Below are positions 41,972-54,580 of a stretch of 64,000 nt of DNA, one piece after another (positions within the stretch are counted from its first letter, which is position 1; each line of letters starts with the position of its first letter). The stretch comes from Lobosporangium transversale (lineage: Eukaryota), in assembly GCF_002105155.1 (NCBI RefSeq), contig NW_019028981.1, positions 1,178,001 to 1,242,000 of the forward strand, given 5' to 3'. Below the pieces are notes generated by a model that saw only the letters and a list, made by a program, of their open reading frames with translations, searched no databases and was not told the origin of the DNA. The position numbers were made by a program, and so were the translations under genes.

Positions 41972-44393
41972 CTTATTACTTGATGGACTTGGTCAAAGAA
42001 ATAGCGTAGGAGTATTTTAGAGAAAGAGTCCGATTAAATAAAGAGCTGGCTTGCAGTAACCAAGGGCCCATACTGGCGTTGCTTTTTGATTCTTCGATAT
42101 CGGCTCTTCCTCTCCTTGCAAGGCAATTCTCGTATACCAGTGTTGTTGAAAGCATATTTCCTTTTAACACTATAGTATACCATTTTAATTCGATGAGTGA
42201 CTTGGGCCAAGCTACTCCCAAGTGATCACGAAACGCGACAGAAATCAGTCAATTGAAAGCAGTGATCTCGAACAACCCCATCTCTAATAAGAAACGGGGT
42301 GTCCGAATCTTTCAACCAACCAACCGCCCTCATCCCTGTTGTTGAGACAGCTGTGGTTTGCAACCCGAACCAAGAGATAAATAGTTTGGCAAGTGGTCAA
42401 GGCAATATAACTTCAAGAGTCGGGTGCCATAGATATGCCCTAGATGTGGCTGTGATAATTTGTCTGAATAATCTCGACTATGGGGCCTTTGAAAAGAACA
42501 GGATTTTTACTCAAGAAATTGATTGCTTTTTTCCAGGTGGCTAAAAAGAAAAATTCAATCCGATTCTGCCACACAACTGCAAACAATTTTAATTGCGATG
42601 GCATTCGCCTACCAGGAGATTCTAACACCGCTAGGCTGTAAATCTTGTCCCTGATGTTAAAAAGCTGATGTCAAAAAAAGGCACAAGTTGAGCCTTGGGC
42701 TTAACTCGATACTAGACTTAACGGATCTCTCCAAAGGCACTCAGTTTACATTATTATTCCCAGAGGCTGAAAAGCAAGCCGCATTCAAACAGAGGTTCCA
42801 TCCACTTAGAAGATTCAATGATAAGAGCCATAGTCGTAAAATACCTTCCAGTTTTCCAGCAGGTCTCCCCTTTACACTGGGGCATAGTTTGCCGTTTGGC
42901 CTTAAGGTAATCAGATAGGAAGGTGTCGTTTACACTTCATGGCCCCTCGAGTTAACCAAGGCTTTTCCATTATCTTACATTTTTTAGTGATGGTCTCCCA
43001 AAAGCACGAGCATATCTGGCAAAGGAAATGGTAAATACCACAGAGTTTCGCGTCAACGACCTCACCCTCCTATGGGCCATGGTTGATACGATGATCTCTT
43101 ATCCATATATCCTTTCACCTGATAGTTCTCAGGGAACAATCAGTAAAAAAAAATCAGTAATACCCATGCATCAAGCTTTATCATCACGATGGCCCTACAT
43201 TCATCTTTAAATAGCCTCCACTCCTCTGTACATTTCCCAACTTTCACCCTCTTTAACCTAGACTAAAGATAAACAAATACCCATATCTATTGTTTCCTAC
43301 CTCCTTCGTAATTTCTTTTTTGCTAAAGGTATCTTGCCGAGTCAGTCTCCATACTGGTCTAAAAAATGTTTTTTTTAAAAAAAAAAAAAATCGATTGCAG
43401 GCTCGCATCGCTAGGATATGGCGCTGTTGACATTCATAGATATTTTGCCAGCACACTTTGCCATCTGGAATCTGGTTCCGAAATATTGGTGGAAAGTACC
43501 TTGCGCATATGGCATCTCAAATGCGATCCAAGAAGTTTGAACCCATCACAGCAGCAGCGAGGACTGCGAGGGGTTTTCGCGTTAGCTCTGTGAAGCGCTC
43601 GAGAAAACAATGATTGGGGGAGATCGACTCTCCCTTCACAAATTTGTAAGTGAAAGGGGGTCATTGTTTTCATTTGCTCAAGCAATACCATTCTTCTGCC
43701 TATGAAAATTTGAACTAATTTCGACTTGTAACAGATCAAGGGATTTGTCGCGGTACTAGAAGCAAGTTTCGAACTTCCATCTCTGTAACAGCGTTACCCA
43801 AATTCAAACCTGTTATCTACGCCATAACCTTAACTACCCGGAAGTATTGTGCGCGATCGCTTGATGAAAAAACGATTGTAGATCAATTGGAAGTGGTTGA
43901 AAAAGAACAAGATCTATAGCGCCGTGCATGGGTCAAAAGATCGTGGTATACCCCACTTACAGCAGCCAAAAACAAGATCTTTGTAAAGAAAAGAAGGGCT
44001 TGATAGTCCCTGTCAGGTTCAATAAGGGGATTGTAATAATGGCAAGCAAAGAAGCGACTGAAGTCACATCCAGTCAATTCAAAGATGCTGTCTTCGACAG
44101 TGATGGTTGGGGGATAGTGTGGGACAGCACTGGTAAATACTGCTATTATAATATTTATATTATATCGAGGAATTAGGTGGTCGCCGAGCGGACCAGGAAT
44201 TCGAAGACAAATAAAGGGTCGTCCTTGGGGACTTGATGTATGCAATATAAACCTCGTCTCTTAGAGCCTTCCATTACCGCAGCGTGACAATAAAGAAAAA
44301 AAAAAAAAAAAAAAAAAAAAAAAGGAGGTCAATGCATCAAGGAAATGAGGAAAGCCTTCTCATCCTGTCTTCATCCACCGAGTTCTTACCGAG

Positions 44394-47009
44394 ATGACGG
44401 AGCATCAGTACCAACAATTCCGAAAGAACGGCATCATTGAGAAAGTCTGTGTCAGAATTGCTTCCACTTTTGCAAGCAATGCCAGCTCATCTTGCTATGT
44501 GAGTTTGCAAGACATTCAAGACGTGTTTCCAGATGCACAACGATTCAAGTTGGATGACCTTCCTATTCCGTTTCTTATCGACTCTAATGGCAACAGGTAT
44601 ACATTTCTTGATTAAGACGCGCGCGCCTTATCAATTATAGCTATCTCCAGAAAAGAATTTAATTTGGACGTATTTTGTATATATCATATTAGAATCGAGC
44701 CTCTACGCATTGCATTCTATCCATACAAGATCCTGGATGTCGTTACAGAAGTGTCGCGGCCCAGCAACAGCAACAGCAACGCTGTCATCCGTTTACCTAC
44801 ATTGAGAAGCTCCGCAAACCTAGCCGCTCAAGAGCCTCTTTTGCCATTATCAAATTCGATTCAGTCTTTCAACTCTTTGCTTACTACTCGCGACAATGCG
44901 CAAATCGAGGAGACCAACTCTAACCTTGAAAAGGTGGCAGAGCTGCTATTGGGAGCCAAAGAGAAGGATGACAAAATGAATAATCTGATGGCGGAAATCA
45001 GAGAGAAGGACGACAAGATGAGCCATCTACTGTCAGAAATCAAAGAGAAGGATGACAAGGTGAATAATCTAATACTGGAAGCTAAAGAGAAGGATATTGA
45101 GATGCTTAAGCTGCGAGACAAGATGCTCCAGCTGCAAGAAAAGGTACATAATCTGCAAGACAGGGTACTTGAACCGCAATTGGAAGCCAAGGAGAGGGGT
45201 GAGAGAATGCAACGTCAAGACCGCGACAGGCTTTCTCTCATTCAAAATCATGCTCATGCTATCCTTGCCCAGAGGTTCGAGCTTTACGATTGTCCAATTC
45301 CCCAACTCTTTATAATTCTGCCTGCCGACTGCACTAGATGGGACCCAATCAATGTGTTGAAGAACAAGGTCCGCCTTCATTTCCTGTGCGAAGGTACAAC
45401 GGAGAGCCCAATCCATATCGGATATGAGGGATATGAAATCCGCAACAGCACGAGGTTCTTTCAAAAGTATGGAGAGCACATATTCATTCTCCTACAGTGG
45501 CTCAAGTTGAGACAATCTTCGTCTGCTGGTATCGATTGTTCAATCGAGTATATGGAAACGCTCTCTAGAACACACCTGGCCTTGAGCAACATCAGCAAAA
45601 TCGATGGCTATGAAGGACTCAAAGGATCTGAACTTCAAGAGCTAAACTCATTCCTTCGAATCAATGATGATAGTAATCCTGCCATTATGCACAGGACCAC
45701 AACCGAAACAGTTGATTTAAAATGGGTTTGTAAAAACCACATTTTTAGGAATGGGCAATGGATGCTTAGAGATGCGGTGAATAAGAATGGTGGCGAACTC
45801 GACTCTAAGATTGGTAGAGTGATTATCGCATTGAAATCCAGAGACCGAGCTAAGGAATTCTTCAATGGGCTACGGCCTGTTTACGAGTTGGATATCACAT
45901 TCGGCTGGGATTGGACGGTGACCGATCTTGAAGTATTTGAGAATGCCCTAAAAGCATCAAATGTATCAATCCTTCGACTTAGACTTGGACGATCTCAAGA
46001 ATACGTCGCCACAGAGCCAACTTCAATATTCAAGCGATATGAGATACTCGTTCGCATCATAGAACTCAGCAACATGAGAACGATTCATATTGCTCTATCT
46101 CTGGGCCTCATAAAACTCTCCGGTTTACGACATAGAGAATCATCACACCTTCACAAGTTATCCTTTGAGATGAACGCTCAACGGGTTGATGCCAATGGAC
46201 TACAATTAATTGTAAATTCACTCAAGGCTAGCACAGCTTTGACTATTTTGGACTTGAAGGGGAGTTCAATGGGGGTTGAAGGAGCTGTGGCACTATCAGA
46301 GTCGCTCAAGGTTAACACTGTTTTAGCCACTTTGAACTTGGGAGGAAACTCAATTGGGGATGAGGGAGCTGTGGCACTATCAGAGGCACTCAAGATTAAC
46401 ACTGCTTTGGCCATTTTAGATCTGAGTGACAACTCAATTCGGAAGGAAGGAGCCATAGCACTGTCAGAGGCACTCAAGATTAACATGACTTTGATTAATT
46501 TGGACTTGTTCCGCAACTCTATTGGGAAGGAAGGAGCTGCGGCCCTGTCAAAGGTGCTCATGGTTAATACAGCTTTGACCACTTTAGAATTGGGGAATAG
46601 TTCGATTGAGGATGAAGGAGTTGTGGCGTTATCAGAGGCTCTCAAGGTTAACTCAACTTTGACCACTTTGGGCTTATGGGGTAACTCAATTGGGAATGAA
46701 GGAGCCGTTGCACTGTCAGAGGCACTCAAGCTTAACACTGCTTTAACCACTTTGGGCATATGGGATAACTCAATAGGAGATGAAGGAGCTGTGTCACTAT
46801 CAGAGGCACTCAAGGTGAACACAGCCTTGACGACTTTGCATATGCAGCGTAATTCAATTGGGAAAAAAGGAGTTGTGGTATTGTCAGAGGCACTCAAGAT
46901 TAATACTACTTTGACCACTTTGGACATAGGGGGGAGCCCCATTGGAGTTGGAAGCCTGGTATTATCAGAGGCGCTCAAGACTAACGCGGCTTTGACCCTT
47001 TATAAATGA
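44394..47009 (+). CDS. RNI/NLRC3-type leucine-rich-repeat protein with N-terminal domain, coiled coil and PIPQLFIILP domain, ~839 aa, 2 exons
   Basis: Exons 44394-44596 and 44693-47009 (2520 nt, in frame). KEKDDKM coiled-coil repeats; nine 28-aa LRRs with consensus NTALTTLxLxxNSIGDEGAVALSEALKV. Confidence 0.88.
46229..46985 (+). repeat. Nine 84-bp LRR-coding tandem repeats
   Basis: The recurring unit ...aactcaattggg.atgaaggagctgtggcactatcagaggcactcaag.ttaacac... is visible at 84-bp spacing. Confidence 0.9.
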
Positions 47010-47401
47010 GGATGCCTTGATCGATAACCAAGGGGCCTTGGTACTATTAGAGAGGCTGAATATGGGCTGACCTATTTTTCGGTTCAAGGAATATCGCTTG
47101 GTTTAAAAACCACCCATAAAACTACTCCAATTTTTTATTTTTATTTTGAATCAGGGTTTACCAGACCACTACTAGTTCACTGGTGAAATTCACGGAACCC
47201 TGCAAATTGAACCCATCCTTGTAAATGTTGTCAAATTGTTTTATTATTGCTTACTTCCGAATGGCCTTCCCTATACTGTGTTCGATGAGGCCGGAGACAT
47301 ATTTTTAAAAATAAATAAATAAACACCTCCTCCGCGTCTCCTCATGTCCCCTATATAGCCTTGTATTTGCTTTTTTTTATTTTTTATTTTTTTTATTTTA
47401 T

Positions 47402-47432
<31 letters not shown>

Positions 47433-47620
47433 CTCTTTAAAGTAGCTATGGATGTTTCTAGCTATGGCTTTATTTTTGATGTTGCTGGTAAAAAAAAAAA
47501 AAAAAGAAAGCGGCACAACTTTATTAACAAATGCTTTGTAGTATCTAGTTGTTTGCAAAGACCTTTTTTTTTTTTTTTTTTAAAGCCTGATATGCTCATC
47601 TCTAATTTCTAATTTATATA

Positions 47621-48373
47621 TCACTGTAATTTCTTGTTTTCGAGTTCGATTGCTTCACCGTTTTGCTGCTTATTATTAGATACAATGGGGAATCCACCAG
47701 AGCCTAGGCTCTCCTTAGTATCAAATCTCAACATCATCAACTTGCGTCTTGCCAACTGTCGCTCCATCATGATCTTGAAGTCCGTAAATACCCGTTCAAA
47801 GTCCATCACAGATGGTTTGGGATCAAGACTTGTCCAATACCCGTTGAATCGATGGAATAAATAGCCTGAGAAATAAGAAAAAAAAAAAAGTTAGTAAATT
47901 CGTGCGAGTACTTACGCACACATCATCTCGTTATCATCTTGCATTCACTTCTTACAGTAAAGTTCATGGTAGACAGAACGGTCTGTGCCATTCAAGAATA
48001 AATAGTACTGCAGCTGTCTAGTCCTTAGTGTTTGCACAGCAAAAGCCGTGATATTAATTCCAACGATGGCAAAAGAATACCTTTTCAAAATGTCAATAAA
48101 AGAAATAAAGAGAAGATGAGATTAGTTGAATAGTTCTTGGATTTGAAAAAGATAGAAGACTCAGTATACATAACATTAATTACCATGAGATCTTATCATG
48201 CGAGCACTCTAATGCGTGTTTTGAAGAAATAGGGTAGTGCTTCGCATAATAAACTAAATCGTCCAGTCCAAGCATGCCTAAAAGATCAGAGCAGTACAAT
48301 CTGAAGGTTAAAATCTGATCCCAGTATTGCATAAGATTGCCAAGTCTGTTGATCGGCAATCAGCCTTGGTTCT

Positions 48374-48407
<34 letters not shown>

Positions 48408-49780
48408 GATGGCTCTTACCCATTCCCCTGAAATCTGTTGCAGGATCTTTGCCCTGGAATCCGATCTATTTGTGTATGTAGAAAGTAAGCAATGGTATCA
48501 TGACAACATCAAGGTAATAAAATAAAAATTATAAAAAACTATTCCAGAAGTCGTTCATACGCATACCTCAGACCACTGCTTTGTGTATCGTCCATCGAGT
48601 TTCTCTTGAGGGCGTAAAAGCTCCCAAAGCTATTTGGTGTTCGAAAGTAAAAAAAAAAAAAAAAAAAAACAGGGGGCAAGGTTAGATTCACAAACGTTCT
48701 CATCCTCACATCCATGTGTCTTTTGCACAAATGGTAGAAATCATATATCCATTAATGCTGTTATTAATTTTGATTAAGTCGTTGCAGATGTATTACCAGC
48801 ATCAGCTTGCGTTCATGAGCTGGATTGGTTGAATCATATTTTGTATGTGCACGTTGATTGATCTCCCTTGCAAGTTGATGCGTCAATGCAATCTTTTCGA
48901 GCGCATATTGCAGTTTCTTGGCTGCGAGACTAAGGGGAAAGCAAGAAAAAGAAAATGTATTGGGTTAATACCTGTAAGCATTAAAATCATTAAGAATATA
49001 AAAATATTAAACGGGTGATTTTTTTTGCTTAATCTATCCTCGATTTCAGTCGTTCATCCATGTCATCCATGTTATGCATTGAGTTGAAGAGATGTTGAAA
49101 GCCCATTGTATTAAACACGAGTATGTCAGGCCTGGGAGTAACACACCAGAATATATTTTGTACGTGCACATGTCAGTGAGAATATATTGTGCTTTTGTAA
49201 GCCTAATAAATTTCCGTTGGGGTAAAGGGCGTAGGCAACACAAAGATGTTTCGTACTACCAACGCAATTCTTTTCATCAGGGATGAGGAAAACAAAACCA
49301 AAAAGCAGCCCTTTTATCATTGGTGCCCTGACTGATCAAAGGCAGTAACCCAAGAGCTATCTCTCGTCCACATCCATGAACATCCCGACCAAAGCCTTGT
49401 CTTTGTCCTTTGGCCTCAGACCAAATCTCCTGTGTCATACTAGGCTGCTGCTATCCCGTTTCGTTTAGCTCATCAATGATTGAATGGGTATGCATTTAAC
49501 ACTTTGTTTTCAATGGTCCAAACGCTCGGAAAATTGTTTTGTGTATGAGGTGAAAGGCAAAAGGGGGTATCTAATCTTCCAGTGATCTAGCACAAACGTG
49601 GTTCGAATCATGCTTTTGCAATGCATACAATGTGTGTCCTGTTCTGACCCTATTTTGTCCTGCTCCATCTTTGTCCTGACTTTTTCTGTTGTATCATATT
49701 CCATCCATTGCTTTCCGTTTTTTTCTTCTTTTTTTTATGCGCCGAGACACGAGTTTACATAGTTTAAATATACATTAAAC

Positions 49781-49816
<36 letters not shown>

Positions 49817-51010
49817 GAAATGCAACATCATAATTATCAAGCTTACGTGTGAGGCGATCCACTGTCAGGGAAGTGTTTCTTGCGTAGGATCAGCTGCGTG
49901 ATCTGGGCCGCGTCGCTGTTTTCTTGCTCTAGCTCTCTCCTCTCCAACTGCTCCCCCCATGACGATATGGAAGTATAATAGAAATTAGCGTGAATAAGAG
50001 TCAATAAAAATACAAAAAGGGTTTCTTCCCGTTCATTGGATAATACAATGATGCATGTCCATCGCCTTACAGTAAGTTGTTTTGAGAACAAAATGCATCG
50101 ATCTACAAAGAAACACAGAAGCACAAAGAAGAATTAAGAAGAAAAAAAACAATTATTCATGTCAGCATGCGCGCATCTCATCTTTTTCTCTCCCCATGGA
50201 TTTTTTTCTAAATGTTTCGCAGCAATAATTGCATATGACATCAGAGCAATTAGTTTGGTCCTACTTACCAATCCTGTAAATCATTCCAGCTGCAGATCGC
50301 GACTGCCGTAGATCCATCATAGTGCAATTACTGTTACCGTTATAAATATTGCCATTGCCATTGATATTGCCATTGCTACTGCTAGACCGGCTACTGGTTG
50401 AGGACACACTTCGTTTCTTACGATGTTTTAACTCACTAGTTCCTGTAACACCAGAAGCGTTACAAGTTGTCGTATCACCTTCTCCAAGCAGTGTAGCTCC
50501 ATCAGAAGTGGTTGTCACTGTTGTTGAGAGCGACGATGAAGAGACTCTTGCAGCTGTTTGTCGGTCAGGACTATGATTATCCGACCCAGAATCATGCGAG
50601 GAATGTGAAGACGAAGACCTGTCAGAATCTGTTGAGGTCCTGGTTGGTGCAGTGGTTGTTCCTGTAGCACGTACAGCAGCACGCAAATGCATATGAGCTG
50701 GAAATGCATTCGGACCAGCAATGTTGGTGAATGCAATTGTCCCTAAATGTTTTTCATTCACCAAGTTAGACATTACATTGCCTTCATGATCCCACAAGGG
50801 GTCCAAAGGTGTCTTCCAGTCATTGGCTCCACAAATCCGTGATAGTTCTGTTGATCGGGTCAAAAGACCGTATAGAAACTTGAAGAGACGGTAGAGGAAA
50901 AGAAAAATGACGTTTTGGTAAATGGAATTGTAAAGGACAAGGTTGATCCATTGTTGGACATGGTACTTGACAGATGCCAATGCACCATTGAGATTGTCTG
51001 GTGGCGGCAT
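47621..51010 (-). CDS. ELMO/CED-12 domain protein (ELMOD-like Arf/Arl GAP), ~9 exons
   Basis: Approximate exons 51010-50269, 50102-50071, 49947-49847, 48929-48797, 48629-48566, 48465-48420, 48277-48184, 48080-47956, 47865-47621. They give KYDSTNPAHERKLMLLWELLRP, QWSEIGFQGKDPATDFRGMGMLGL, WYSFAIVGINIT and SVMDFERV, which are ELMO-domain hallmarks. Confidence 0.9.
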
Positions 51011-52229
51011 TTGTAGCTCAATAAGGAAATGTGGGAAAAAAAAAAAAAAAAAAAAAAAAAAAATGAATTTCAAGTGTAGAATAAAGGTGTGGTGTGTGGT
51101 AGCGGTAATAGGTGAATAGCACTGGAAAGAAGAAAGAGAGAAAGAAAGAAGGAAAGAAAGAAAGAAAGAGGTCTATAAAAGTTGTAAAGGAGTGGAATTG
51201 GCTTTTGAGAGGCTATAGAAAAAGAGCGAAAGAAAGACATGCAGGGTCATAAAAGGCACAAGTTTTTGTGTCATGCCTACATCGCGTGGCGTGGCAGCAT
51301 CGCATCTCTCTTTTTTTCAAATTTAGCATTAAGGGACACAATCAATACAACAACCACAACAAACACACAGACAGCAGGCACAGACAATAGAATGAAAATG
51401 AACATCCGAGTCTTCGGATTCTCTCCACAGGAGAACATCGTACATGAGCATACGGTTGAAAGGAATATGGACTATTAGTGAAAGGATTATCAGTGGACTG
51501 TCAGTAACCCAGTGTTGTTAAAAGTTTATAGACAGGGCTTGCATGCAGTTAAAAATGCTTCTATCTGCAATAGGTATGGGGTAAATATCCTTCATACATT
51601 TCTATATCTCTGTTGTCATTGTTGGTCATCACGTCTCAAGTCCTCGGAATCAAGCAACAAATCATGTGTCAGGCCTTAATCGACCGGATAGATGAATGGA
51701 GAACCAGCGTTTTCCTTTCCATAGGCTTGAAATATCACTCAATATTACATGTTCTCGTTGTGCTTGGAACTAAAGCATGACCCCTGTAAAGTTCTCAATC
51801 ATGCTTTACAGTTTTTTTTTTTTTTTTTTTTTTTTTTAATTCTCTGCTCTTTCATTCTTCCTTTGTTACCCAGCATCTTCAAGAGGATTATAACGAACCA
51901 GCCTGTCTTGAAAATGGCGCTTACGTGGAAAACTGCTGTTGAATGACAGCTGGTCAAGCGCCAGTCCACTCAAGTTTACACAGCCTCCAACATCTAAATA
52001 TATTTCCATGGTTTCTTATTTTATAATCTCCTTTGTACAAGACATGGATCATTGACCATTGAAACTAATCACTCTTACCTTTTGTTTTTATTTTTTGGTT
52101 AATTTACATTTTACATAAAGTAGGGACTAAAAAAAGAGATGGGAATATAACGTACGTTGATTTTACATGCTTTTCCTCTTATAAAAGAATGAAACTAATC
52201 CTACAGACGTTTCAGCTTGCAAAACTAGA

Positions 52230-53745
52230 GAAGTCTAAGTTTGTTCGGTCCTTGGTTCTCACGGATGATGATCGCCCTCACTCGCCCACAGCTCCACGCT
52301 GCTCTAGCAATCTCCTGTTAATCTTATTCAATCCGATGACTTGTGGGGTAAAATAGCTAAACATTTGCCAGAGCGTGGGTTCCACAAGCGCACGGTTTTG
52401 TCAGCGTTAGCTGAGGCAATATACTGGCCACCCGGCGAATAGACTACAGTGTAGACATAACCATGTCCGTTTAGCACTACGCGATGTATCTCCTTTTCTA
52501 CCCCTATATGTGTAACACACATCGATCCATCATAGCTTCCGATTACAATCTGCTGACCACATGGTGAACACATCACGAATGTTGCCTCATCCTCAAGATC
52601 AAGAGTCGATATCTTTTGATGGATTTGTCCTGTTTCTGCATCCCATAGATACAGCTCCTCTGTTGAATAAATAAAAGCAAGCAATGAGTCGCCTAATAAG
52701 GATGCTGAACGTGTGCAGAATCCTTCTCCAATATCATCCTTTATGAAATGCATATCATCACTATCAAGAGTAGTGAGCAACTGTCCGCTACGAGAGTATT
52801 TGATATCGGTTACTCTGTTCATATTCTGCAATGTATGGAGAATCTGACCTATTCCTCTTCCTATGGTGGCATCCCACAGTCGTACAGTCTTGTCGTTGCT
52901 AGCTGATGCAATGTATCGTCCATCAAGTGAATATTTCACGTTAAAGATCTCTCAAATGTATATTCGAGCATCCCAGTTTTTGTATTCCACACACGTACTG
53001 TGCCGTCGCCACTAGCTGAGGCGATTTGGGAGAGTAAGCCACACAACAAATCATTTCAAAGTGCCTCTCCAATCTAGGGACCAGTACCCCTGATGTCGCA
53101 TCCCATACAAGGATAGAATAACCAGCGCTCCATTAGGCAATCTGGCGACTATCCGGCGAGTAGCTAAACATAGATACACCATGTCCCTCATCCTACTCTG
53201 CGCCACCATCCAGTGTATATATAAAGCCTCTCCCATGAAAAAGTGTTATACACAACGATCGAACCATCCTTATTAAGCGCTGCGAGAGTCTTCCCATCAG
53301 GGGAATTTGTACCCCATATAAGTGGTGAGCTTTCTTGAAGAATTGGCCATTCACCAAGCTGTATATCTACCATCTTTGCACCATCCAAGTTCGCTTCACG
53401 AAGCCAACAATTTTGGAGGTTTACTTTCCTCAGATCTGCTCCTTGTAACTGAACGCCTTCGAATATATCGTTACTCAGATCTGCGCCTGGGATCTAAATA
53501 CCTCGCAAATCAGCTTCGATAAATGATTCTCCTGCTCGTACCAAGATTGTCACCGCATTAGCTGCTGCAGTCCGCCATTGGCATTGATTATCGCTTTTTG
53601 AGAGTTCCACATATTATATAGCTCTTGCTTGAACAATGGCTCTAAACGAACAGGATCAGCCAGAGACTGCAGGATAGATGGATCGCTCACAAGGTTCTTT
53701 TGGAGATCATCTTGCTGCTCGATTGGATCAACATCATTTTTATTC
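52230..53745 (-). pseudogene. Remnant of a pentapeptide-repeat plus WD40 (NACHT-WD40-type) gene
   Basis: RTAAANAVTILVRAGESFIEADLRGI*IPGADLSNDIFEGVQLQGADLRKVNLQNCWLREANLDGAKM with an in-frame TAG at 53496-53494. Frameshifted WD40 repeats follow (YSLDGRYIASASNDKTVRLWD, YSPGGQYIASANADKTVRLWN). No NACHT P-loop is present upstream. Confidence 0.85.
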
Positions 53746-54022
53746 TCCTTGTTGACTTACATCTCACAATTAAACGCTGAGCTGTTACTCTTTTAGTAAA
53801 AAGTCCGAGATCCTGTTGAATTGTTTATACTATTTCTTTCTTTCTTTTTTCTTTTTTTTTCTTTTTTTTTTTTTTTTTTTGGTGAATCAGTGAATCCAGG
53901 AGAGCTTGGCTAGCAGGAGACGATATAGGCTATAGAAACAACACTTATGGAAAGTAGAGTTACCCTTACATTTAGGTTGATAGTGTGAACCAAGAAGCAA
54001 TGACGTTGTAAGTCGAAACAAG

Positions 54023-54053
<31 letters not shown>

Positions 54054-54580
54054 CACGTTTGGTCACAAGTGTCCATATAGCCCGTTTCATTTGGTCGCGA
54101 TACCTTATATTTTTTGAATACTTTCGAGTGTATTGGCAGCCAATTAGCTCGCTTGTTACGAGTATTGTTGCAAGTCCGTCACGTAGTGAGATGCCACCAG
54201 AACAATTCAATCATCGTTTTTAGATTAAAAATATAAGGTATCGTGACCAAATAAAATTGGCGATATAAACACAAACTCTTTTGCTTCGCTAAACCCCCAA
54301 AGGTAAGAAAAAAAACATTTAATATTTTTGTACAAGCATATCAGTCGATTAGACAAAGTCAGGTTTGAAATACAATTTCATTATTATGAGATGCCAACAT
54401 TTACATTTATATTTTTCTTTGCTAATATACAGTACAATGGTGACTAACGACATGTATGACATTAGACATTAGACATTAGAGAAAAATGAAAATTGAAAAA
54501 TGAAAAATAAAAAGAAATAGTATGGTAGTAGGTAAAGTGATGAAAATGATTATTTTGAGTTGGATCCTGCTCCGTCATCT

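Noticed and set aside
46178..46978. 266-aa antisense ORF over the LRR repeats
   Set aside because: Shadow of the repetitive LRR coding strand; no independent features.
49246..49282. Minus-strand CTGATGA...CGAAAC resembling a hammerhead ribozyme core
   Set aside because: The intervening sequence does not form stem II, and I found no matching stems I and III.
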